A stretch of DNA of 64,000 bases from Octopus sinensis (taxonomy: Eukaryota): positions 6,448,001-6,512,000 of the forward strand of contig NC_043012.1 of assembly GCF_006345805.1 (NCBI RefSeq). Reading direction: 5' to 3'. The notes beneath the pieces were generated by a model. It ran no database searches and was not told where the DNA came from. It saw nothing but the letters and a program-made list of their open reading frames with translations. The translations under genes were made by a program, and so were the position numbers. How positions within the stretch are numbered: position 1 is the first letter of the stretch; every line of letters begins with the position of its first letter. This document shows positions 51,605 through 64,000 of the stretch, piece by piece.

Positions 51605-51877
51605 GTGATGGTGATGATCATGATGATAGCATTGGTGGTGGTGGTGGTTGTGATGTTACTGATGTTGCTGGTGATGGCCATTGTAGAGGTGAAAGTGGTG
51701 GTGGTGGTACGATGACGATGATGGTGATGGTAATGATGATGATGATGATGATGGTGATGATCATGATGATAGCATTGGTAGTGGTGATGGTGGTGGTGGT
51801 GACGAGGATGGTGATGATAATGATGATGATGATGGTGATGATGATGATGATGATGATGATAATGATGATGATGATGG

Positions 51878-51908
<31 letters not shown>

Positions 51909-53510
51909 AGCATTGGTAGTGGTGATGGTGGTGGTGGTGGTGATGTGACTGATGTTGCTGGTGATGGCCATTGTAGAGGTGAAAGTGGTGGTGGTGGTAC
52001 GATGACGATGGTGGATGCTGGTGATGCTATTGTAATTGTTGTTGTTGTTGTTGTTAGTAGCGGTAATGAACATGGTTGTGATGATGATGCTGCTACCGAT
52101 GATGATGGTGGGTATGGTGGTCAAGGCAGAGGTTGTGCGATGTTGATGATGATGATGGTGATGTTGGTGCTGCTGCTGCTGATGGTATTTTCGCTGATGA
52201 TAGCTGTTTGTGGTGGTGGTAGTGGTGGTTGACGATGGTGATGTTGATGATAGTGGTGGTGGTGGTGGTGGTGGTGGCAGTGGTGGTAGTGATGGTGATA
52301 ATAATAGTAATGTTGGTGATAATGATGATGATGATGATGGCTATTGTAGTGATAGGATGCTGATGTTCATGATTGTGATGATGATGATGATATTTGGGAC
52401 ATTTTAATATGATAATTGTGATAGTGATGCTGCTGCTGATGATGATGGGGAGGAGAGGAAGATGGCGAGGGTAGTGAAGGCGGTAATATTAATGATGAAA
52501 ATGATGATGATGATGATGACGATGAAGATGTTGATGATTATGATGATTATTATTATTATTATTATTATTATAATGATGACGCTGATAATGATTATGGTGA
52601 TGATGACGATGATGATGAAGTTGGTGATGATGATGATGGCGCTGACAATGATGAAGGCCATAATGGTGTCGAAAGGAAATAAAATACAAGTGTTTGACAT
52701 GTTTAAAATATATATTTTAGAAGACAAAGGAATTTGAGGAAGAAGAGAAATAAGGACAAATAAAAGAGTGACTAACAGACAGACACACACATACGCATAC
52801 ACACATGCACACACACACACATAGACTACTGTCTTGCACACATTTCCCGTACAATATATGTGCATGTGTTTAGGAATGTGTGTCTGTGCATATATATAAC
52901 AGTGTGTGCATGTGTGTGTGTGTTTGTATGGGAAACAGTACATAGAGTTGTTCATTGATATATTTTATTGGTAAAAACAAAACAAATAACTCCCCCTCCC
53001 CCACCAAAAACAAAAAAATTGTAAAAAAAAGTACAAACTGAAAACTATAAGAACTAAAGCAACAACGACAATAATAATAATAATAATAATAATAATGATA
53101 ATAATGATAATGATAATAATAACAACAACAATAATAATAATAATAAAGAAGTGCAGAAGGATTGTTACACCTCCTCCCACTTTTCAGCCAGAAAAGGAAA
53201 AAAAAATGAGAAAAATGAATAATTAGGAACAAAAAAAAAAATGAAAATAAAAGTAAAAATAAAAGAAACAATGACCAAATATGGTTCCGAATCTAACAAT
53301 TGATATTAGATAAAAAGAAATATTGTTTGATTGCAACAACAACAACAACAACAACAACAACATTAAAGAAAAGAAGAAAGAGAGGAAAGAATGAAAGAAA
53401 CATAAAAGAAATTAAGAAGGAAATGAAAAGAAAGATTGAATAAATAATCAGGTATTTTTTATTTTATTTCCCACTTGGACAAAATAGTGAAGTTGGTCAA
53501 GATTTATGTG

Positions 53511-53640
53511 TGTATGAGTGAGAGTGTGTATGAGTGAGAGTGTGTATGAGTGAGAGTGTGTATGAGTGAGAGTGTGTATGAGTGAGAGTGTGTATGAGTG
53601 AGAGTGTGTATGAGTGAGAGTGTGTGTGTGAGTGAGAGTG
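53511..53640. repeat. 16-bp minisatellite (tgtatgagtgagagtg)x about 8
   Basis: Read directly from sequence. Confidence 0.9.
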
Positions 53641-53877
53641 TGTGTGCGAGTGTTTGTGTATGTATATACACACACACACATATATATAGATAGATACACA
53701 GATGGATGGATGGATGGATGGATAGATAGATAGAGAGAGAGACAGACAGACAGACACAGACATCTATCTACATATATCGTATATATGTAATATATATAAT
53801 GCATATAATATATATGTAACATATCCTGTATATATTCTTTTTTCTTTTCCAGTGCATCTTATACATCTTATACACAC

Positions 53878-53958
<81 letters not shown>

Positions 53959-54227
53959 TAGGTTGGTTGTGTGGTTAAGAAGCTTGCATCCTGACCACAT
54001 GGTCCTGGGTTCAGTCCCACTATGTGGCTTCTTTAGCCCAGACCAACCAAAGTTTTATGAGTGGATTTGGTAGACAGAAACTAAAAGAAAATCATTGTAT
54101 TTATGTATGTATGTTTTTGTGTACCTATGTGTCTTCGTCAAGACATCACATGATGGCTGTCAAATGGGCATCATTGTCATACAGACAAGGTTGTTCGTTT
54201 CCAGGCTTGTATATATATATATATGTG

Positions 54228-54505
54228 AAGGCACAATGGCCCAGTGGCTAGGGCAGCGGACTCGCGGTCGTAGACCGGGCATTGGGAGTATTTATTGAGC
54301 GAAAACACCTAAAAAGCTCCACGAGGCTCCGGCAGGGGGTGGTGATCCCTGCTGTACTCTTTCAACACACTTTCTCTCACTCTTTCTGTTAGCCCGCTCG
54401 GTTAGCCAGTGGGGTGGCGTCATTCGAAGGCTAAAACAATGCGAACGCATTGTGACCAGCGATGTGTAACAACATCTGATGGTCTGGTCAGTCACATGAT
54501 CACGT
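54228..54505 (+). mobile_element. tRNA-derived SINE family T (tail type 2)
   Basis: Same head and core as 30698-31078 but a different 3' part (gcattgtgaccagcgatgtg...ggtcagtcac). B box region deleted. Confidence 0.8.
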
Positions 54506-54575
54506 GATATATATATATATATGTATATATATATTATATATATATATATATTATATATATGCATATATATACATT

Positions 54576-54608
<33 letters not shown>

Positions 54609-54847
54609 CATATGCATATATATACATTTATATATATATATATGAATGTATGTATATATACATACATACACATACATACATAAATATATATATATATTAT
54701 ATATATATATATAGTATTATGCCTTTCATCCTTTCAGGGTCGATAAAGTACCAGTGAAACACTGGGGTTGATGTAATCAACTAACCTCCTCTCTCAAAGT
54801 TTCAGGCCTTGTGCCTTTAGTAAAAAGGATTATTATTATTATTATTA

Positions 54848-54885
<38 letters not shown>

Positions 54886-55532
54886 GTTAAGGCGGCGAGC
54901 TGGCAGAATTGTTAGCATGCCAGGTGAAATGCTTAGCAGCATTTCATCTGTCCTTATGCTCTGAATGCAAATTCTGTCAGTGTCAACTTTGCCTTTCATC
55001 CTTTTTGGGTCGATAAAGTAAATACCAGTTGCGTACTGGGTTTGATGTAATCGACTGGTCCCCCCCCCCACCAAATTTCAGGCCTTGTGCCTTTAAAAGA
55101 AAAGATTATTGCTATTCCTCCAACTGTTTATGAATAGTTGCAGTCAGCCTAATTCTATTTGTCCAAAGTTGCAATTTTCTAGAATCTTTTGACTAGCAGA
55201 ATGTGACTAACTAAAATAAATACATTCTCTGCCTGAGACATGGTAGATTTTTATTTTCTTCCTACTTTCATTTGATGTATAATATACTCATAAATACAAT
55301 ACTATATCTATCTATTCATCTACCCAGAAATACTTATACATTTATAGTTTATTGTTCCATAATTGGTAAGATCAACCCAAAAAGTACTCCATCCAGCAAA
55401 AAATAAAGATAACTTAATATACAGTGTAACTCATATTTAAATTACTATGGATATATATGTGTATATATATATATTATGGATGTCTGTGTATAGATATATA
55501 TGTATATGCATATATATACATATACATATTAT

Positions 55533-55593
<61 letters not shown>

Positions 55594-55599
55594 CGTGCA

Positions 55600-55745
55600 A
55601 AACAAGGTGGAGGAAATAGTACTCAAATACCGAAGGTAGAGTAATATAGTTTTTATTAAATTTGCAAGATTATCACAGAATTGTTACACAAAACACTGAG
55701 TGTGAAACACTGAGTAACAGTTCTGTGATAATTTTGCAGCTTTAC
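55600..55745. mobile_element. Fold-back copy of the 22135-22260 family with a hammerhead 3' half only
   Basis: Arms gcaagattatcacagaattgttac / gtaacagttctgtgataattttgc; the loop retains GTGAAACactgaGTAACAG. Confidence 0.6.
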
Positions 55746-56159
55746 ACGCCAGCTCAATTTGATTTGTCCTCAGTCAAAAGACACCTGTTGTTATTTCTTG
55801 TTGTTTGTATTTGTAATTGCGCACCATGGTCTCTGTTTTTTTGTTTATTTTTTTTTTGTCTTTGTTGCCATACACATTTGTTAGCTTTCTTACAAAAGGG
55901 TCTAATGCTCTTAGCTTAGACTTTTATTAAGGCAACCAGATTGAACCATCTCAAGAGTAACTGCCCGAAATGGTCGTGACTTCTGGAACTTGACTGAGGA
56001 AAGAAAGCCACGAATGTCCTGTTTTTTTTTTTTGCCTGTCTTTCTAATTGTTGTTTCTCTTGTCCACCTTTGTATCGTCTATCTGTCTGAATGCTTTAAT
56101 GCACTCTATTGCATTTTTGTTCCATTTACATATATATTTATACATCTTTCCCCCCTTTC

Positions 56160-56545
56160 TCTTTTACTTGTTTCAGTCATTTGTCTGCGGCCATGCTGGA
56201 GCACCGCCTTTAGTCGAGGAAATTGCCCACATGACTTATTCTTTGTAAGACTAATACTTACTTTATCAGTCTCTTTTGCCGAACCACTAAGTTACGGGGA
56301 TGTAAACACACCAGCATCGGTTGTCAAGCGATCTTGGGGGGACAAACACAGATACACAAACACACACATATATATATATACACATATACATACATACGAC
56401 GGGTTACCAAATCCCCTTACAAGGCTTTGGTCGGCCCAAGGCTATTGTAGAAGACATTCGCCCAAGGTGTCATGCAGTGGGACTGAACCCAGAACCATGT
56501 GGCTGGTAAGCTAGCTACCTACCACACAGCCACTCCTGCACCTAT
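56160..56545 (-). mobile_element. SINE family A (internal deletion)
   Basis: Reverse complement of the consensus. Confidence 0.85.
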
Positions 56546-56901
56546 ATATATATAATATATGGTAAATATCTTACAATGTTATGTCTACTATTGTGAATAA
56601 AAAAAAAGTGTCCCATTGAAAAATGCAGTCAAAGACAGGACAATGTCTCTGAAAAGACAAGGATGTCACAGAATGAATACTTTTGATCATAGGTCTGTTA
56701 GATCAGTCTTGGCCTGGGGCTAAACAACACCGTTACCAAGAATAATATCATCATCATCATCATCATCATCATCATTATCAACATCATCATCATGTATACT
56801 GGCATTGTCTTTAATGCCACTATGATCACTGCCATCACTGATGTTAGCATCATCATCATCACCCCACCACCTTTACGAATATCATCATCATTAACATCAT
56901 T

Positions 56902-56938
<37 letters not shown>

Positions 56939-57439
56939 CTGTCATCATCGTAATTATCATTGTCATTATCATCAACATCACCACTAATGTTCTTGTCATT
57001 CTGTAATAGCTGTTGCTGCTGTCCTCCTCCTCCATCCGCACCTTTATCGCCCCTGCCATCATCATCATCATCATCATCATCATCCCCATCTCCATCACAA
57101 CCATCCACATCATCACTATCATCTCTGTCATCGTCTTTTATCATTGTCATCACAGGGTAACATACACTCTTGTATAACAGAACTAAAAACATTCACCATA
57201 AATGCATAAAGAAGCACAAAAACAAAAAGAATCTTTTTTTTAAAAAATCACCATAAAAGAACATGTGTCTGTCTGTGTGTCTAACTGCAGCGATAGCATC
57301 AGCATCAGCATCAGCATCAGCATCAGCAGCAGAGTTGGCTGGCTAAACTTAATTCCTTACATTAAGCACATTTTTCCACCGAGACAAGAAGAAGACAATG
57401 AAATCATGCTCTGCCAGGATGTTTTACAATCATATTATA

Positions 57440-58480
57440 TTAGGTTCACCATAACTACAACGACAACAATGAGAACAATAATAACAACAACAGCAACAAC
57501 AACAACAACAAAAATGACAACAACAACGTCAACAATGACAATGGCAACAACAAAAACGACGACAACAACAACTATAACAATAGCAATGACAACAAAACAA
57601 CAACAATGACAACAACATCAACAACAACAATGCAACAAGAACAACAACAACAACAACAAGGAAAACAAGATTGGCAGCGAAAAACAACAGCAACAAGACA
57701 AAAAAGAACAACAGTTGCAACAACAACAACAACAAGAAATAAGATGACAACAACAACAAGCAATAACAACATCATCAATGCTGATAACAACAACTACGCT
57801 GCTGCTGCTGCTGCTGCTGCTGCAGAAACAACAACAAATGCAAGAATAAAAAAAGAAGATTGACAAAAGAAAAAAAGGAAATGAGAGAAACAATAATAAT
57901 GTTAAAAATAAACAAGCATAACAACAACAACAACAATAACAACAATAATGAAAGTAACATGAACAAGAATAACAACAAAAACAACAACAACTATTACATC
58001 GACAACAACAACAACTACACAAACAATAGCAACAATTATAAAAATGATAACAACAAGAAGGACAATATGAAGAAGAGTAACTAAAGGCAAAACAACAACA
58101 AGTCAAATGATAGCAATAACAACAACTATAGCAACAATGATGACAGAAGCAATAACAATAACAACAAAGAAAAGAAACCAGTGGAACAACAACAACAACA
58201 ACATATGTACAAATAAAAAAGAATATAAAAATTTGAGCAAAAAAAAATTGACAAAAATATTTACTACAAAAAAAGTAAATAAAAAGAATAACGAATGAAG
58301 AATAATATAAAATGATATCATTTAAAATAAGATTTAACAATAATAATAATAAGAAGAAGAACAATAAACACCAGGAAAAAACAGGAACAACAACAAGATA
58401 AACAATAGCAAAAACAACGACAATTAAAATATCAACAAGGAAAAACAGTTGCTAAGACAACAGCAACAATAACAAAAACG
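57440..58480. repeat. Imperfect (AAC)/(AAT)n A-rich triplet tract
   Basis: Read directly from sequence. Confidence 0.9.
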
Positions 58481-58732
58481 ATAAGTGTGTGCGATGGGTT
58501 CAGATCAGAAGAAGAAAATGAATAAATAGATTGAAATTTATTGTTTTTTTTCGTTCTTTTATATATATTCTTATCGTTTGTTTGTTAGTTTTCTTGTTTT
58601 TTTTGTCTTTGCTTTTGTTTTGCTGTAACTATAGAAATAAACATCTTCATTTCCATTTTGAAGTTATATTTAATAGTTTTAGTATGTTCCAAAGATGTAG
58701 GTTTCATTGATTCTGGAATACAGTACAAGAAC

Positions 58733-58783
<51 letters not shown>

Positions 58784-58794
58784 TATATATGTAT

Positions 58795-58838
<44 letters not shown>

Positions 58839-58877
58839 TAAAAATAGACGTTAAATGGTGATAATGATGATGATGTT

Positions 58878-58923
<46 letters not shown>

Positions 58924-58926
58924 AGT

Positions 58927-59232
58927 GGAGGTGCACTGGCCCAGTGGTTAGGGCAGTGAACTCGTGGTTGTAGGATCGTAGTTTCGATTCCCAGACGGGG
59001 CATTGTGAGTGTTTATTGAGAGCAAATACCTAAAGCTCCACGAGGCTCTGGCAGGGGGTTGTGGTGATCCCTGCTGTATTCTTTTGCCACAACTTTCTCT
59101 CACTCTTTCTTCTGTTGGTCTGCTCACTTAGCCAGTGAGGTGGCATCATTGAAGGCTAAAACAATGCGAAGCGCATTGTGACCAGTGATGTGTAGCAACA
59201 TATGATAGTCTGGTCAGTCACGATGACAGTGA
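58927..59232 (+). mobile_element. tRNA-derived SINE family T (tail type 2)
   Basis: ggaggtgcacTGGCCCAGTGG...GTTTCGATTCC head; tail as at 54228-54505. Confidence 0.82.
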
Positions 59233-59390
59233 TATATATATATATATATATATGGAAAAAAAGTCAAGATAGCAAATAACTTTATAAAAAACATTTCAGT
59301 ACCGGTTTCAGTCATTGAGACTTTTTCAACTGCAAGTATGGAAAACAATTAAATTTAGAAAAATTAAAAGAAAAGTTTTTTTAATATATA

Positions 59391-59425
<35 letters not shown>

Positions 59426-59719
59426 TCATCATGATCATGGTCAACATTTAGTTGTCTGCTTTTCCATGCCCAATGCTAGCATGGGTTGGACAGTGTGGCA
59501 GAAAACCGACATGCTGCAGGGCCACATCAAGCTCCAGTATCATATTTGACATGGTTTCTACAGCTGGATGCCCTCCATAACACCAACCACTTCACAGAGT
59601 ACTGGGTGCTTTTTGTCATGTCACCACCTCTAGTAAGATTGCTATGTAACTTGCAAGACAGTAAACATCAGGTCATCTCAAATAATGTTCAAAATATCAT
59701 ATATGTACCATTCTATATG

Positions 59720-59964
59720 TAAGAGATGAGGAATTATGTACATTATTTACATTATTTACATTTGACGGATATTTGTCCTCCTCTTGTTTGTAGTTAACAC
59801 AATATTTTGGCTGATATACTCTCCAGCCTTCATCAGGTGTCTTGGGGAAATTTCGAACCTGGGTTCTCATTCCTAAGGTATTTTTCAATGTAGTGGTCAA
59901 GAGCATAGTGGTTAAGAGTGTGGGCTACTAACCCCAAAATTCTGAGTTCGATTCCAGGCAGTGA

Positions 59965-60028
<64 letters not shown>

Positions 60029-60184
60029 CTCAAAAAATACCTTAGGAATGAGAACCCAGGTTCAAAATTTCCCTGACACCTGATGAAGGCTGGAGGGCAT
60101 ATCAGCCGAAACGTGTTAACAACAAACAAGATGAGGACAAATATCCGTCAAATGTAAATAATGTAAATAATTCCTCATCTCTTA
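59720..60184. mobile_element. Family H element as a long palindrome: inverted 3' copy + tRNA head + (AAT)n + 3' region with a hammerhead
   Basis: Arms at about 59720-59886 and 60030-60184. A box tagtggttaag (about 59906) and B box gagttcgattcc (59944-59955). Hammerhead motifs at 59796-59841 (-) and about 60075-60120 (+). Confidence 0.85.
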
Positions 60185-60467
60185 AATACAGGACTGCACT
60201 ATATATTTGTTTTTTGCTTGTTTACTATTGCTTTTATTTTATGTCCATTGTCTGGAAATATTTCATGATACACCTGTAACTTTTCAGTAAACCCTCCATC
60301 GCCCATGACTCTTCCTGTTCTGTTTAGTCCATTCTTGAAATATAACAATATTTGGTTCAACACTTGATTTCACATCAGGAATCTTGCAAAATAAATACAT
60401 ATATATACATATGACTGCTAAATCTACAAGCTTTTTTTCATTCCTATCTGCTTATTTTCTCTTATTC

Positions 60468-60503
60468 CTTTCTGTTGAAGAGCGTAAGCTCAAAACATAA
60501 AAG
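60468..60503 (+). ncRNA. Degenerate hammerhead motif in another short repeat
   Basis: cttt-CTGTTGA-A-GAGC gtaa GCTC-AAAAC-AT-A-aaag. Helices I and II pair; core positions A6, G12 and G16.2 deviate. Confidence 0.45.
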
Positions 60504-60744
60504 ACTTTTTCATTTTCCTGAGCATCAAACTAATACACAAGCTTGTTGTTCATACATCTGTCTTCGTCTTTTGTTTTACTATAAATTTCAGCTATATATA
60601 TGTGTGTGTATGTGTGTGTATGTGTGTGTGTGTATATATATAGATATATATATATGTTGTGGTGCACCTGAGCACTGTATACAATAATTTCATTATTATT
60701 ATTTTTATTATATATATATATATATATATTTATGAATTTATATA

Positions 60745-61160
60745 TACTCTTTTACTCTTTTACTTGTTTCAGTCATTTGTCTGCGCCTATACTGGAGCAC
60801 CACCTTTAGTCGTATAAATTGACCCCAGGACTTATTCTTTGTAAGCCTAGTACTTATACTATTTGTCACTTTTTCCGAACCGCTAAGTTACGGGGACGTA
60901 AACACACCAGCATTGGTTGTCAAGCAATGTTGAGGAGACAAACATACAAATACGCACGCACACATACACATACATGTACACACACACACACACATACAAC
61001 AGGCTTCTTTCAGTTTCCCTCTACCAAATCCACTCACAAGGCTTTGGTCAGCCTGAGGCTATAGTAGAAAACACGTGCCCAAGGTGCCATGCAGTGGGAC
61101 TGAACCCGGAACCATGTGGCTGGTAAGCAAGCTACTAACCACACTGCCACTCCTGCGTCT
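60745..61160 (-). mobile_element. SINE family A
   Basis: Reverse complement of the consensus. Confidence 0.85.
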
Positions 61161-61769
61161 ATATGTACATATACACTTAATGTATTCATTTTTATTTTAT
61201 ATTTTGGTAATAATAGTTGAGTGGGATTTGAAGGAGGACAAATTTGGCCCTTTTATTTGCAGGTCAATCTACCATTTAGAAGATTTTTGATTGGCTTGTC
61301 TGTGTGCAACGTGCGAGCACCATAAATGATTGGAGCACAGCCAACAGTACCCTGCAAGTGACAGGTTTATGAACTGCCAACCTCACAGCACATTGTCTCA
61401 TACAATATTTACTCAACAACGAATGTTTCCTCCTCCCTCCTCTTCTCCATCACTCCCACCCCCCCTCTCTCTCTCTAACAGACACATGTGCACACATGCA
61501 CATGTAGGTTATAGATAGACATGTAGCAGTAGCAAATCTGGAGGAAGAAAGTTGATACAAGCTTTCATGATGTTCATGCCTTTCTCTGTGCGTACATATG
61601 TGTGAGTGTGTGTGTGTGTGCATGTGTACGCATTCATACACACTCACATAGACACATATACGTACATGTTTTTATATATATGCACACATATACTCATATA
61701 TATACATGAACACACACAGATATATGTAGAAAAAGTGAGAGAGTGCGAGGGAGAGAGGAAATGTTAGAC

Positions 61770-61794
61770 AGACATAGATAGGTAGATAGATAGC

Positions 61795-61854
<60 letters not shown>

Positions 61855-61889
61855 GAGATAGATAAATAGATAGATAGAGAGATAGATAA

Positions 61890-61930
<41 letters not shown>

Positions 61931-62004
61931 CAGAAATATGTTCAGGTTAAGGAACCTGGCACCTTAGACCACTTGGCCATTCTAGACAGAAATAGATAGA
62001 TAGT

Positions 62005-62060
<56 letters not shown>

Positions 62061-62300
62061 CTGATAGATAGGTAGATATATATATATATATATATATATA
62101 GAAAGAGAGAGAGAGAAAGAGAAAGAGAGACAGACAGACAGACAGAGACAGAGAAAGATAGATAGAGAGAGAGAGATAGATAGATAAATAGATAGAGAAG
62201 GATAGGAAGTTAGAGAGAGAGACAGAAGAGAGAAAAATAGATAGATAGAGAGATAGACAGATAGATAGAGAGAGAGAGAGAAAGAGAAAGAGATAGGCAG
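61770..62300. repeat. (GATA)n/(GA)n compound microsatellite
   Basis: Read directly from sequence. Confidence 0.95.
61939..61982 (-). pseudogene. tRNA-Leu-like 5' fragment inserted with a 12-bp direct repeat
   Basis: Minus strand GAATGGCCAAGTGGTCTAAGGTGCCAG resembles the tRNA-Leu 5' half GGATGGCCGAGTGGTCTAAGGCGCCAG. Flanked by tagacagaaata at 61927-61938 and 61983-61994. Confidence 0.6.
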
Positions 62301-62919
62301 ATACACAGAGAGATATCTGTAGGAATTGTTGATGAAGAAAGTTGTTACAAGTTTGCGTGATGTTCATGCTCCCGCCCTCTCTCTCTCCCTGTCTTTCTCT
62401 CTTTCCCTCTTTCTCTCACTATCATTATCTCTCTGTCCCTCTACCTGTCTGTCTGTTTGTCTGTCTGTCTGTCTCCCTCAAAGGCAATATCGAACTAAAT
62501 CGGAAATGGTTATAAGCAGGAAATTAAATCGAGTTATATGGATTAAGATCAGATAACTGACAGTTTACTTCTGTCTTATGTCAAGCATGCCATCGGGTCT
62601 TTAATCTATAATCTCGAAAAGGTTTATTGCAGTTATTGATTTTATTGAACTGTGTCAGTCTATGGACAGCTGGTCTAATCAGCAAAGATTATTTTGTTTA
62701 TATTGGATAGTGAAAATGTGACAAGGTTTGGTGAAAATACGATTAGGAATTTTTTTGCTATGAAATACAGACACAAGCGAAGATTTTTGAACAAACAACT
62801 GAAAGTATGCATATGTGTGCACGTGATTACATGAACACACACACACATAGATATATTGCATGTATGTAATATATATTTATATATATATATTTTTTTTCTC
62901 TTTCTCTCTCTCTCTCTCT

Positions 62920-62958
<39 letters not shown>

Positions 62959-63157
62959 CAGTATAATATATATTTATATATTTGTAGAAATTCTGACACA
63001 AGATATTTGGATTACCTGGCATGAATGAAGATTTACCTGGGATCTGTATTCTACTTACATTTACTGGTGTCTAATTGTTGAACATTCATAACCAAATTCT
63101 TTTAATACTGAGTGCTTTATAGATATCTGCCAGGAACTTTTAATCCCATTTTTTCTT

Positions 63158-63558
63158 GAGTGGCTGTGTGGTAAATAGCTTGCTAACCAACCCCATGGTT
63201 CCGGGTTCATTCCCACTGCGTGGCATCTTGGGCAAGTGTCTTCTGCTATAGCCTCGGGCCGACCAAAGCCTTGTGAGTGGATTTGGTAGACGGAAACTGA
63301 AAGAAGCCCGTCGTATATATGTGTATATATATGTATATGCGTGTATGTTTGTGTGTCTGTGTTTGTCCCCCTAGCATTGCTTGACAACCGATGCTGGTGT
63401 ATTTACGTCCCTGTCACTTAGCGGTTTGGCAAAAGAGACCAATATAATAAGTACTGGGCTTACAAAAAATAAGTCCCGGGGTCGAGTTGCTCGACTAAAG
63501 GTGGTGCTCCAGCATGGCCGCAGTCAAATGACTGAAACAAGTAAAAGAGTAAAAGAAT
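63158..63558 (+). mobile_element. SINE family A, near full length
   Basis: Head, core, TA/TG linker and tail all present. Confidence 0.9.
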
Positions 63559-64000
63559 ATATATATATATAACTATATGGACATTCGAGACTCCGACTGA
63601 AGAAGCAATTGGCTGTCAATGATCCGTGTATCTTGTTTTGTCCCTTTTGGCATTGCTGTGCTATCGCACTGTTCCTGTTTGTTATGTTTTGACAATTTCC
63701 TTTTGTGGTGCTTTTTACTTTTAATTTATCCATGCACAGCTATGTACAATTTGGTGTTTACTTTGTAAAAAAAAAGATACCCCTTATATATATATATATG
63801 AACGTTTTTACTCCCTTACCTTTACTCCCTCCCCTCACTTAGTGGTCATTCTAATAGCTCTTTTGTCTTAATAACGGTCAATCACACAGTAATTTCCCTT
63901 TGTCTAACGGTCATTTTCATAGCATTTTTTTCTATGGCCCAATAACTGAAGAGATGGTGGCATGGGTTTCTGCCCTGACATCCAAAACTTGGAGTTTTAT

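Noticed and set aside
63590-63625. CTGAAGA-AGC-aattg-GCT hairpin
   Set aside because: No GAAA or cleavage-site half follows.

Overview
AT-rich, repeat-saturated eukaryotic genomic DNA. The SINE families and extreme microsatellite load look like an Octopus (cephalopod) genome; this is inference from repeat recognition. One protein-coding gene is well supported: four minus-strand exons (33576->28185), all phase 1-1, encode Ig, Cys-less Ig, FN3 and transmembrane modules of an immunoglobulin-superfamily receptor. Its 5' exons and cytoplasmic tail were not identified. A weaker, phase-consistent chain of plus-strand exons (20.9-49.8 kb) may be a host gene around it. Mobile DNA includes a GC-rich 5'-truncated Tx1/L1-clade LINE sitting in a compound tetranucleotide microsatellite, two RTE LINE remnants (one ending in three C2H2 zinc fingers), a Penelope GIY-YIG remnant, several tRNA-derived SINE families, a piggyBac-type MITE, and an 847-bp 7-mer satellite that grew inside a SINE. 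The most notable signal not explained by ORFs is about a dozen type I hammerhead-ribozyme motifs from five or six unrelated repeat families. These include a tandemly duplicated 572-bp fold-back unit with a hammerhead in each loop (retrozyme/circRNA-like) and a tRNA-head + (AAT)n + hammerhead element found as inverted pairs. Most ORFs in the supplied track are microsatellite artefacts.
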